From an uncultured Nitrospiraceae bacterium (GTDB lineage: Bacteria; Nitrospirota; Nitrospiria; Nitrospirales; Nitrospiraceae): a stretch of DNA of 64,000 bases. Below the pieces are notes generated by a model. The model was not told where the DNA came from. It saw only the letters and a list, made by a program, of their open reading frames with translations, and ran no database searches. Below are positions 1-8,826 of the stretch, one piece after another. The stretch's first letter is position 1. Every line of letters begins with the position of its first letter. The DNA lies in contig CAWJWJ010000002.1 of NCBI GenBank assembly GCA_963846575.1, positions 2,112,001 to 2,176,000 on the forward strand, read 5' to 3'. The position numbers and the translations under genes are program-made.

Positions 1-397
1 TGCAGGAAATGGATTGGATCTTACCTGCGTTCACGTTAAAGCATTGAAATGGAGGGGGCGGTATATTCGGGAGATCGGCATGGGTTTGACGGGGCAAGGC
101 ATCCTGCACCAGCCTCGCCATTTCCTGTGGCGTCGCCTGAGGGTACTGTCGCTGAAACCGTACGAAAAGTGCCTGTTGTTGGAATTTCATGTCCCGGTAG
201 AAGGATAATGCGGTGTGTACGGACTCAGGTGTCTGGAGGGCGGTCGGGTATACCCTTCGCACGCGATCAAGATACGACAGCTCGCGTTCATCTCCGGTAA
301 ATGCTCCCAACGCCGGCCGTACCGGCGGACTAGTGCATGCACCGAAGTGCAGTGCCCCAACGGCCATACCCGCCACCCAGAGCAGAGCAGTTTTCAT
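1..397 (-). CDS. Putative lipoprotein, partial (runs off the window start)
   Basis: Manual translation from ATG at 397: MKTALLWVAGMAVGALHFGAC-TSPPVRP... is open to position 1. Hydrophobic signal with lipobox-like FGAC. Absent from the ORF track because there is no stop in the window. Confidence 0.55.
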   Translation of the reverse strand, partial: MKTALLWVAGMAVGALHFGACTSPPVRPALGAFTGDERELSYLDRVRRVYPTALQTPESVHTALSFYRDMKFQQQALFVRFQRQYPQATPQEMARLVQDALPRQTHADLPNIPPPPFQCFNVNAGKIQSISC

Positions 398-962
398 TCT
401 CCATGTTCCAAATGCCCTAAATGGCACTGTCGCCGTCTTGATCAGACCTGTCATTTTTATCTCCAGCTCCAGATTACAAATACAATAGATTGTGCGCGAC
501 TTCGCCAGCTGCGTTCTTTCCGACATCGTCCGACGACAGCTGTTCCGGTTCAGATCCTACCCTGCGCATGGACGATAATCGGTAATGCGTTTGACCAACT
601 TCTCCCGAACAGCAGGGCGAACTTCCCAGAGGGATGTATCGTGAATCCACAATGACTCTCGGCGCTCATCCGATCCGGGACCCCAGCTTTACATATTTCC
701 CAACACAATCCTATGAATAATTCCTGCCTGTTCCTTCCATTCAGATTTCCACCATACACACCTCATGCTTCATGGCCCGCTGCGTTCCTCACAATTCACC
801 TCCTTTTAAGCCCAACCGCTCCGCTGCTCTGCAACGTGCTGATGCCGCATGAGTACGGGGCAATGGAACGTGTCTAGGCTCGCTCTTCCGTAACGCGATC
901 AAGGGCCTTTTCTAGTAGCGGCCCTACTTTCATACATCTATAGATAGATGAGGAGGTGCCTA

Positions 963-1457
963 ATGACACATGCAGCCAGACCGTTTCTGAGACAATCGTG
1001 CCTTTCCGGAACGGTATGTGGGCTGATGCTGTCGACCGTCGTAGGTCTCACGAGTCGGTTGACGACGGGCCGAAGTAGCCTAGGATTGAATGCGATCAGT
1101 CACATAGTCTGGGGACCGAAGGCGGCTCGGCAAACATCTTGGACGTCCCGCTACACTGGAACGGGACTCCTTCTGAATCAGGGAGCATGTCTCTTTTGGG
1201 CCGGATGTTATGAGGCCCTACTCAGGAAACAACCCCCACATAGCGTAACCAAGTCTGTGGCAGATGCCATGAAGATCGCCGCCCTGGCCTACGTCGTTGA
1301 CTACCACGTTATTCCGAAGCGATTTACACCGGGTTTCGAGTTCGTATTCCCACGTCGGCTATTTCCTCTGCTGTACGTAGGTCTCGCGGCCTCACTTTTT
1401 GCCGGCGCAACATTCTGCGCGCGACGGCCTCGCTCGTCAGCAGAGAACCCATCCTGA
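963..1457 (+). CDS. Hypothetical integral membrane protein
   Basis: AGGAGG RBS at 951-956 before ATG 963; several hydrophobic segments; motifs LNAISHIVWG and YVVDYHVIPKRFTPGFE. Confidence 0.7.
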   Translation: MTHAARPFLRQSCLSGTVCGLMLSTVVGLTSRLTTGRSSLGLNAISHIVWGPKAARQTSWTSRYTGTGLLLNQGACLFWAGCYEALLRKQPPHSVTKSVADAMKIAALAYVVDYHVIPKRFTPGFEFVFPRRLFPLLYVGLAASLFAGATFCARRPRSSAENPS

Positions 1458-1879
1458 TCAGCTGCCGTAGTTTGCCGATCCCACTCGGCGTTATACCAAG
1501 TATTGCCGAGGAAAACTATTTGCTCACGAGGTTGCAGAGGTGGCACCCGACCCTGCTCATTCATTTGTAGTGGCCCAGCGAACATAAACCAGGCCACCGC
1601 ACCAGGTTAAAGCCAAATCCGGTGGTGTTTCTCATGAGAACTGAATTCACACGCTCTTCCCCCGTTCATAACGTTTATGTTCATCTCTGACGATCGCTAC
1701 CAACATCCGAGGTGGACTATCCCTGGCCTTTGCACGTCGGCACTAACTCTTCCATTCCTTGCCTTTCATTAATTTTCTGATACACAAATCGAGGAAGCAA
1801 GTGCCTATTGTCTGCTGTGGATTCGCATGGAGGGACAGGGCAGACCCGGCCAAACTATGTGGCTTTTGGAGGAATGGCG

Positions 1880-2320
1880 ATGACGATTTCCCATGTAAAG
1901 CTAGGAACCATCATGTTTCATGTGCTGGGGATACTGGCGTGTGGCTCCCTTATAGGATGCGGTTCCATTATTCATGGGAGTAAACAGGAGATCTCCTTCG
2001 ATACCAAACCTCAGGGAGCGACCATTAAACTGGATAGTGGACTCCGCTTTACAACGCCCCAGACCGTAGAGTTACGGCGAGCCGTTGATCATGTGGTGAC
2101 GATCGAAAAGGAGGGGTATGAGCCTGAGAGAGTCACCATCAATCGGAGTTTCAACCCCGTGGCGACCATCCTGGGAAACATCCTTTGGATTACTCCGGGA
2201 GTAATCGTGGACGTCCTCGTTGGTGGAGCATGGACGCTAGATCCCGAACACGTTAGTGTTGATCTGGTTGCTGAGAAGGCTAAAACGCCAACTACCGTCA
2301 GCATTGGAGAGACCAACTAG
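1880..2320 (+). CDS. PEGA-domain-like lipoprotein
   Basis: GGAGGA RBS before ATG 1880; lipobox LIGC; PEGA-like pattern TKPQGATIKLD...TTPQTVEL...VTIEKEGYEP; C-terminal hydrophobic hairpin. Confidence 0.75.
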   Translation: MTISHVKLGTIMFHVLGILACGSLIGCGSIIHGSKQEISFDTKPQGATIKLDSGLRFTTPQTVELRRAVDHVVTIEKEGYEPERVTINRSFNPVATILGNILWITPGVIVDVLVGGAWTLDPEHVSVDLVAEKAKTPTTVSIGETN

Positions 2321-2495
2321 GACGATTGTGACTCTAATTCCTCCGTCTATCTCCTCTGTCATTGCCCTCCCTCGAAGCTTCTCGGTTCATGCGCGCCAAC
2401 GCGGTCTATGGTTTCAGCAATCTACTATCTCGGCCGGGTGAACGACCCACCCTCCGCTGGATCCCGGCGCATCCTGAATGGTACTGTTGACTGCT

Positions 2496-3293
2496 ATGCG
2501 CGCCGTCTGGGTCACGGACATTCATCTCGATATTTTGAGCGACGCGGCATGCGCGAACTTCTCCGCGGCAATGGCTGCAGAACGTCCGGATGCCGTCTTT
2601 ATCACGGGGGACATTTCTATCGCTCCCTCCCTGATGGCGCATCTTCGTGCCCTGGCAGACCACATCCAAACACCTCTGTACTTCGTCCTCGGCAACCACG
2701 ACTTTTACCGAAGCTCTATTGCGCAGGTACGAGCCACTGTCAGTGACTGCTGCCGGACCCATCCCCTGCTTCGATATCTGCCGGATTTGGGCGTGGTGGA
2801 GCTGACTGCCTGCACCGGACTGGTCGGTCATGACGGGTGGGGAGACGCGCGATACGGCAACTATGCCGCATCCCCGGTGCGGTTAAATGATCATGTGCTC
2901 ATCCGGGAATTGACGCAGCTCGATCCTGGTACGCTGCACACGCAGCTCAATCAGTTAGGAGACGAAGCGGCCAGTTATCTCCAAGAAATTTTGCCTGGCG
3001 CGCTTGACCGCTATCAGCATGTGATCCTCCTGACCCATGTCCCCCCGTTCAAGGAGGCTTGCTGGTACGAGGGTCGGCTGGGTAACGATGACTGGCTGCC
3101 GTTCTTTACCTGTCAGGCGGTCGGCGATGTATTACGCGAGTTGATGATCCGGTATCCGGACCGACGCCTGACGGTGTACTGCGGGCACACCCACCACGCC
3201 GGTACAGCCCAGGTCCTGCACAATCTTCAAGTCGTCACCGGTGCCGCAGAGTATGGGAACCCGAGGGTGAACGAGGTGATCGAGATTGTGTGA
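2496..3293 (+). CDS. Calcineurin-like metallophosphoesterase
   Basis: Motifs DIH, GD, GNHD, TH and GHTH. Confidence 0.9.
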   Translation: MRAVWVTDIHLDILSDAACANFSAAMAAERPDAVFITGDISIAPSLMAHLRALADHIQTPLYFVLGNHDFYRSSIAQVRATVSDCCRTHPLLRYLPDLGVVELTACTGLVGHDGWGDARYGNYAASPVRLNDHVLIRELTQLDPGTLHTQLNQLGDEAASYLQEILPGALDRYQHVILLTHVPPFKEACWYEGRLGNDDWLPFFTCQAVGDVLRELMIRYPDRRLTVYCGHTHHAGTAQVLHNLQVVTGAAEYGNPRVNEVIEIV

Positions 3294-3483
3294 GAACGGC
3301 TGACACCGGGGCCTGCCTGTAATTGGTGGAGATCACACTGTCGGTATAGAGAAGAGCAGGACGTGGGGCTTCGCATCACAAGGCAGACACCACTGATCGT
3401 GCCTGCCGGCCCATCCCAGAATCCCAGCCGGGAGGCTCCCCTAAGGCAGGCGGGCCCCATAGGTCCCGCGGAACTCCGGAGCA

Positions 3484-3663
3484 TCATGAATGTTGATGAT
3501 CATGGGCTCCGTGGTCGCCCTGGTGTTCATGGTCATGGTCTGCGGCTGTTTCATGGGTGTGGCCATGCACATGTTCGTGAACATGCGGATGAGTGTGATT
3601 GTCAGACTGTCCATGGCTGTGCGCGTGGCTGTGTTCATGCTTGTGCTGGTGGGAACCCTGCAT
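3484..3663 (-). CDS. 59-aa histidine-rich mini-protein (Hpn-like candidate Ni-binding/storage peptide)
   Basis: Manual translation MQGSHQHKHEHSHAHSHGQSDNHTHPHVHEHVHGHTHETAADHDHEHQGDHGAHDHQHS* has 22 His in 59 aa. GAGGAGGAG directly upstream. Co-directional downstream of hypB. Confidence 0.8.
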   Translation of the reverse strand: MQGSHQHKHEHSHAHSHGQSDNHTHPHVHEHVHGHTHETAADHDHEHQGDHGAHDHQHS

Positions 3664-3849
3664 AACTCCTCCTCATGATCGGGACTCGTGGAAACGATCA
3701 TCCGCCGCCATGGTTAAAAGCTACCATAGCCTAACCCTCTTCCCGTAGTATTTTCGTGGTTACACCTGGCAACGTGGCCTTCCTCCCCGCCGGCCCGCGC
3801 TCTGGGAGAAACGTGGGGCCCACCTCAGCATCCACCCCGACCGTCCTGA

Positions 3850-4677
3850 TCAGCGTAAAGGGGCCTGGACCACTGCCCGAACCTGCTTGCGGAGCCAATC
3901 GTACCACCCCTGCATCCCGTCACCGGAAACCGCAGAGACCAGAAAAATTTCCAAACTCGGGTTCACCGTCCTGGCATGTGCCAGGCATCGCTCTACATCA
4001 AAGCTGAGATGCGGGAGCAGATCGATCTTGTTCAGCAATAACACCTGCGCAGCACGAAACATGTGGGGGTATTTGAGCGGCTTGTCCTCGCCCTCGGTCA
4101 CGGACAGGATCGCCACCTTCGCCTGTTCGCCCAAATCGAACAGCGCCGGACAGACCAGGTTTCCCACATTCTCGATCAGCACCAGGGAGTGAGCCGGTGG
4201 CGCCAGTTGCTCGACTGCCCGGGCCACCATGTCTGCTTCTAGATGACATCCCACCCCCGTATTGATTTGCATGACGCGGCATCCGGTCCTTCGAATCCGT
4301 TCGGCATCGTTGACCGTGTCTTGATCGCCTTCGATCACCTGAATCGGCAGCTCGCCCTTCAGGTCAAGAATGGTCCGTTCAAGAAGGGTGGTCTTGCCTG
4401 ACCCGGGGGAACTGACCAGATTGAGCGCCACAATGTCCCGGCCTTGAAACCAACCACGGTTCCGCTCCGCTAGACGGTCGTTCTTCGCCAGCACGGCCTC
4501 CCGCAGCACAATGGTCTTGCCGTCCACATGAACATGCTCGCCATCGGGATGCCCATGGGCGGGACTGTGAGGGTGGTCATGAGGTTCGTGATGTGACTGC
4601 AGTTTCACCGTCTCTCCGGTAGTCGGATCAGTCATCCGGGGCACGGCGTCCTCAGAGCATCCGCATGTCGTACACAT
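3850..4677 (-). CDS. hypB: Hydrogenase nickel-incorporation GTPase HypB
   Basis: N-terminal MCTTCGC Ni site, His-rich linker, SSPGSGKTT P-loop, GCHL, ENVGNLVCP, NKID. Start overlaps the hypA stop (TGATG). Confidence 0.97.
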   Translation of the reverse strand: MCTTCGCSEDAVPRMTDPTTGETVKLQSHHEPHDHPHSPAHGHPDGEHVHVDGKTIVLREAVLAKNDRLAERNRGWFQGRDIVALNLVSSPGSGKTTLLERTILDLKGELPIQVIEGDQDTVNDAERIRRTGCRVMQINTGVGCHLEADMVARAVEQLAPPAHSLVLIENVGNLVCPALFDLGEQAKVAILSVTEGEDKPLKYPHMFRAAQVLLLNKIDLLPHLSFDVERCLAHARTVNPSLEIFLVSAVSGDGMQGWYDWLRKQVRAVVQAPLR

Positions 4678-5006
4678 CAGAGCGTCACCATTTCCGTAAT
4701 GAGCAGTTCCTCGCCCGATAGCCGATGGAGATTCAGCGAGCCGCAGCGGCAGCGTGCAACCAGGTGTTCCACATCCATATCGATTCCACAGTCGCGGCAC
4801 CGGGCTCTCCCGGGCACGTCTATCACTTCGAGTCTCGCACCTTCCAGCAGCGTCCCCTTGGCTACGACGTCAAAACAAAACCGGATCGCATCGGGAAGAA
4901 CCGCGCTCAACGCCCCCACTTTTAACGTTACCTGCGTGACCTTGGAGCCGTTCGCGCGTTCGCTCACAATCGCCACGATGTTCCGCGTGATGCTCAGCTC
5001 GTGCAT
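4677..5006 (-). CDS. hypA: Hydrogenase nickel metallochaperone HypA
   Basis: MHELSI N-terminus; CRDC and CRCGS Zn ligands; GEEL. Confidence 0.97.
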   Translation of the reverse strand: MHELSITRNIVAIVSERANGSKVTQVTLKVGALSAVLPDAIRFCFDVVAKGTLLEGARLEVIDVPGRARCRDCGIDMDVEHLVARCRCGSLNLHRLSGEELLITEMVTL

Positions 5007-5560
5007 GCCAGTCCCGTCTGCTGGGGGTGATGAGCGGCTTCCGTCACGTCAAAGAGATGATCGAACGACTCCGCCCACAACCGTCTTGTAAGATCTGCCT
5101 TCATGTGACGAAGCCGTAGTTGATCCCCTGGCCGCTCCCTCGGCGTGCTAAGGCGGTCGACCAGGACGAAGAACCCCTTGGGAATGAACCCTTCCCTCAC
5201 GGCCACCCGGACCGTTCGCGCCCCGTCGTCCACCCACCAGGTGAACTGCAGATCTTTATGACATTGGCCATCGAGCTCCGGCTGTGTTAACCGGTACCGG
5301 CCTCTGCTGACACAGCGCGTCACGTACTCAACAGCGTCCCGCACGCCAGGCCCGGGATGCCCACTGGTCACCGTGAGCGACCGTCGGTCCCATACCGCCA
5401 CCTTTGAGAAATAGTCTCCCATCCGCTGCATCGCGCGGAACGCAACCGTGGCACCCCAGATAGCTCCGCCCTGATGAAAGTGCAGCAAGCCGTCGTAATC
5501 GAGCCGCTCGAGCCGGCCGTCATCGAGGATCTCCAGAGTCTGTATAGGCGGAGTCACCAT
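4994..5560 (-). CDS. FmdE-like hypothetical protein within the hyp operon
   Basis: 188 aa; LLHFHQGG..G...AFRAM and HPGPGVRDAVEYVTR resemble FmdE-like metal-binding proteins; overlaps the hypA start. Confidence 0.55.
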   Translation of the reverse strand: MVTPPIQTLEILDDGRLERLDYDGLLHFHQGGAIWGATVAFRAMQRMGDYFSKVAVWDRRSLTVTSGHPGPGVRDAVEYVTRCVSRGRYRLTQPELDGQCHKDLQFTWWVDDGARTVRVAVREGFIPKGFFVLVDRLSTPRERPGDQLRLRHMKADLTRRLWAESFDHLFDVTEAAHHPQQTGLACTS

Positions 5561-5575
5561 GCGGTCACACCTCGT

Positions 5576-6706
5576 TCAACAGATCCGCGGCAACTGATCG
5601 CCGACCAGGGTGTCGACCACCCGCAGGCCGCCGAACGCCGTCGCCATCACCACCGCGCCCTTCGGGCTTTCCTTGACCTCTCCGATGATCGCACTGCCGC
5701 GCCCGGCCGGGTGCCGGTGCATGGTCTCCAGGACGGCATCGGCTCGCTCGCGAGGCAGGATTGCCACCAGCTTGCCCTCGTTGGCCAGGTACAGGGGATC
5801 CAGGCCCAGAATTTCACAGGCGCCCCGCACCCGTTCTTGAACGGGAATCGCCGACTCCGTCAGATGAATGCCGACTCCGGACGTGGAAGCAAATTCGTTC
5901 AACACCGTGGCGACACCGCCTCGCGTGGCATCCCGGAGGCAATGGATGTCGGGGCAGACCGTCAACATGTCCTGCACCAGCTCATGGAGCGGTTGCGTGT
6001 CGCTTTCCACCGACGACTCCAGCGCCAGCTCGTTGCGCGCAAGTAGGATTGCAATGCCGTGATCGCCGATATGGCCATTGGTCATTACGAGATCTCCCGG
6101 ACGCGCACGGGCAGCCGAAATCGCCACCTCATTTCGGATGACGCCGATCCCGGCCGTGTTGATGAACAGTTTATCGGCCGCCCCACGTTCCACCACTTTC
6201 GTGTCTCCCGTAACAATGCTCACCCCCGCCCCCCTGGCGGCGGCCTTCATGCGGAGCACCACCTGGCCCAACGTGTCGATCAAGAGCCCCTCTTCGAGAA
6301 TCATGCCGCAGGATAGAAAGAGAGGGATCGCCCCGCTCACCGCGAGGTCGTTGATCGTCCCATGCACCGCCAGTTCCCCGATGCTGCCGCCCGGAAAGAA
6401 CAGCGGGTTGACGACATAACTGTCGGTGGTGAAGGCCAGCCTCGTGCCTCGTTGCCGGAGGTCATCCAACGACAGGACCGCTTGATCCTCCAGTGCGGCC
6501 AGCAGCGGATTATCGAACGCCGTCACAAACAGCTCTTCGATGAGCTCCCGCATCGCCTTGCCGCCGCTCCCATGGGCCAGCGTGATGCGCTTGTCGCGCA
6601 TGCACTCGAGCCAGGAGATGGCAGATTCCTCGGTCGACGATGGCCGAGATTGCGGGTCGAGCATGGGGTGACGCATGACGCATCCTTTGTCCCGTTGCGG
6701 CATCAT
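5576..6706 (-). CDS. hypE: Carbamoyl dehydratase HypE
   Basis: ITLAHGSGG, FTTDSYVV, GDTKVV, RDATRGG and C-terminal PRIC. Start is 6706 or 6676. Confidence 0.97.
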   Translation of the reverse strand: MMPQRDKGCVMRHPMLDPQSRPSSTEESAISWLECMRDKRITLAHGSGGKAMRELIEELFVTAFDNPLLAALEDQAVLSLDDLRQRGTRLAFTTDSYVVNPLFFPGGSIGELAVHGTINDLAVSGAIPLFLSCGMILEEGLLIDTLGQVVLRMKAAARGAGVSIVTGDTKVVERGAADKLFINTAGIGVIRNEVAISAARARPGDLVMTNGHIGDHGIAILLARNELALESSVESDTQPLHELVQDMLTVCPDIHCLRDATRGGVATVLNEFASTSGVGIHLTESAIPVQERVRGACEILGLDPLYLANEGKLVAILPRERADAVLETMHRHPAGRGSAIIGEVKESPKGAVVMATAFGGLRVVDTLVGDQLPRIC

Positions 6707-7848
6707 GCCGGAACCTTGAGGGGCTTCAGACTATCCCGATCGATCCACCCGTAATTGTAATACGCGGCGCAGGCGCCTTCCGTGGAGACCATGAGGGCGC
6801 CGAGCGGATTTTCAGGGGTACAGGCAGTCCCGAAGACTTTACATTGAGGCGGTTTGATGACGCCCTTCAAGACCTCACCGCATTGACAGGAGGTCGGATC
6901 CGCAATGGTCACGTTCGGCATCGAGAACTTGCGCTCCGCATCGAAGCCGGCAAAGGCCTGCCGGACGCGCACGCCGGAGTAGTCGATTGAGCCCAGGCCG
7001 CGCCACTCGAAAAACTCCCGCAATTCAAACACGGCTTGCATCGCGTCGAGCGCTTGCGCATTGCCTGCTTCGGGCACGACACGCCGGTACTGATTCTCCA
7101 CCTCGCAGCGTCCCTCCGCCATCTGCTTGAGGACCATCCAGACGGATTGGAGAATGTCCAACGGTTCGAACCCGGCCACCACGATCGGTTTTCGATACCG
7201 TTCCGCGATAAAACCATAGGGCCGCGTACCGATGACCATGCTCACATGACCCGGCCCCAGAAACGCATCCACCTGGAGGTCAGGCGAATCCAGGACCGCT
7301 TTGATGGTGGGAATGATCGTGATGTGATTACAGAACAGCGAGAAGTTGGATAGGCCCTCCCGTTGCGCCTGCAGTACCGTAAAGGCGGTGCTCGGCATCG
7401 TGGTCTCAAACCCCAGCGCCAGAAATATCACCTCCCGCTCGGGATTGGCCCTGGCAATTTTCAGCGCGTCCAGCGGTGAATAGACCATGCGGACGTCCGC
7501 CCCTTCCGCCTTGGCTTGAAGGAGACTTTTCTTCGAGCCGGTGACGCGCATGGCGTCCCCGAACGTCGTCATGATGACCTCCGGACGCTGCGCCAACGCC
7601 ACGCAGTCATCGACGCGCCCGCGGGGAAGGACACAGACCGGACAACCGGGTCCGTGGATGAACTCCACTTCCTCCGGCAGCATCTTACTGACCCCGTAGC
7701 GGAAAATGGTGTGCGTATGCCCTCCGCACACTTCCATGATGCCGAGGGGGCGCTTTCGGCACAGCTCGATGCGGCCGACCAGGCCGCGAATCTCCCGCAG
7801 CAGCCATTGCGCTTTTTCCGGATCGCGAAACTCATCCACGAATTTCAT
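6703..7848 (-). CDS. hypD: Hydrogenase maturation factor HypD
   Basis: Start MKFVDEFRD; MEVCGGHTH, GPGCPVC, GFETT, PGHVS, EGACAAYY. Confidence 0.97.
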   Translation of the reverse strand: MKFVDEFRDPEKAQWLLREIRGLVGRIELCRKRPLGIMEVCGGHTHTIFRYGVSKMLPEEVEFIHGPGCPVCVLPRGRVDDCVALAQRPEVIMTTFGDAMRVTGSKKSLLQAKAEGADVRMVYSPLDALKIARANPEREVIFLALGFETTMPSTAFTVLQAQREGLSNFSLFCNHITIIPTIKAVLDSPDLQVDAFLGPGHVSMVIGTRPYGFIAERYRKPIVVAGFEPLDILQSVWMVLKQMAEGRCEVENQYRRVVPEAGNAQALDAMQAVFELREFFEWRGLGSIDYSGVRVRQAFAGFDAERKFSMPNVTIADPTSCQCGEVLKGVIKPPQCKVFGTACTPENPLGALMVSTEGACAAYYNYGWIDRDSLKPLKVPA

Positions 7849-8530
7849 GCTGTGCCTCCCCGTTGCCCCGCCCTCGGTCATCGGCCAGGAGGGTATGCAC
7901 CAGATCCCACAGGATGTGATAAATGGCGACGTGGCATTCTTGGATCCGGTGAATGCTGGTCGTGTCCACCACCAGGCAGTGATCGAGGGCGGGAGACCGC
8001 GCCATGAGGCCGCCGTTACCCCCTGATAATCCGATCGTGACGAGCCCCAACTCCTTGGCTTTTTCGAAGGCGCGCAGGAGATTCGGGGAGTTGCCGCTGG
8101 TGCTGACGCCGACGAGTCCATCGCCGGCTCGCGCATGGGCGATCACTTGACGCACGAACACATGTTCGAAACCGACATCGTTCCCGACCGCGGTGAGCAT
8201 CGCCACATCGGCATCCAGATTCACGGCGGGCAATGCAGGCCGGCCGGCGGTCACCGGGTGGAGAAACTCCACGGCGATGTGCGCGGCATCACAGCTTGAG
8301 CCGCCGTTCCCCATCGTCAGCAATCGGCCGTTTCGACGATACACCCCGGCCATGGTGTTCGCGACCGCGACGACCTCGGGGCCTTTGTTCGCAAAGAACC
8401 CTGCCTTGACGGCGAGACTGTCCTCGGCCTTCAGCTTGACCGATGCCAACAATTCCGCATCGAGACGGGCAGGCGCGGGCAACTGCTCATGTAAGAACGG
8501 ATAGAGTCCGTGCAAAAAATCGTGCGGCAT
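7832..8530 (-). CDS. SIS-domain protein, phosphoheptose isomerase (GmhA)-like
   Basis: GNGGSSCDAAH, TAVGND.GF..VF.RQ, STSGNSPN, RIQECH; lies between hypC and hypD. Confidence 0.88.
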   Translation of the reverse strand: MPHDFLHGLYPFLHEQLPAPARLDAELLASVKLKAEDSLAVKAGFFANKGPEVVAVANTMAGVYRRNGRLLTMGNGGSSCDAAHIAVEFLHPVTAGRPALPAVNLDADVAMLTAVGNDVGFEHVFVRQVIAHARAGDGLVGVSTSGNSPNLLRAFEKAKELGLVTIGLSGGNGGLMARSPALDHCLVVDTTSIHRIQECHVAIYHILWDLVHTLLADDRGRGNGEAQHEIRG

Positions 8531-8537
8531 CACATCC

Positions 8538-8819
8538 TCAGGTTTGTCCGGACACCCGCATCGCCCGAAGCTCTGCCTGTACCTCACCGAGTTCGCTCAA
8601 TAGCTCGAGAGTCCGCTGCGCTTCCTCCGGGTCGACCCGGCTCATGGCAAACCCCACGTGGACTAACACCCACTCTCCGACGCAGGATTCAGGGGAATGC
8701 TGCTCGTCCACGATACAGGCGATGTTCACCGTCCGCCTCACTCCGCCGACGTCGACGACGGCCAGCTTCGGCTGCTCGCGGTCCAGTTCGACAATACGTC
8801 CTGGAATTCCCAGACACAT
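8538..8819 (-). CDS. hypC: Hydrogenase chaperone HypC
   Basis: MCLGIPG N-terminus; VGEWVLVHVGFA. Confidence 0.97.
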   Translation of the reverse strand: MCLGIPGRIVELDREQPKLAVVDVGGVRRTVNIACIVDEQHSPESCVGEWVLVHVGFAMSRVDPEEAQRTLELLSELGEVQAELRAMRVSGQT

Positions 8820-8826
8820 GGCGACC

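Noticed and set aside
763..805. Perfect SD (AAGGAGGTGA) before a 9-codon GTG ORF on the minus strand
   Set aside because: Too short to support, and not hydrophobic like a type I toxin; also not part of an rRNA gene.
1301..1635. Possible degraded minus-strand gene (AVAWFMFAGPLQMNEQGRVPP...)
   Set aside because: It overlaps the 963..1457 gene and matches no family I recognise.
3308..3458. Imperfect 12-bp inverted repeats (GGGGCCTGCCTG / CAGGCGGGCCCC) about 150 bp apart, MITE-like
   Set aside because: Short and GC-rich, with no target-site duplication or second copy seen in the window.
3363..3701. Met/Thr-rich 86-aa ORF (3441..3701 -) and plus-strand ORFs 3363..3665 and 3490..3678
   Set aside because: They are alternative-frame or antisense readings of the His-rich gene's CAT/CAC codons; only the His frame has a well-placed strong RBS.
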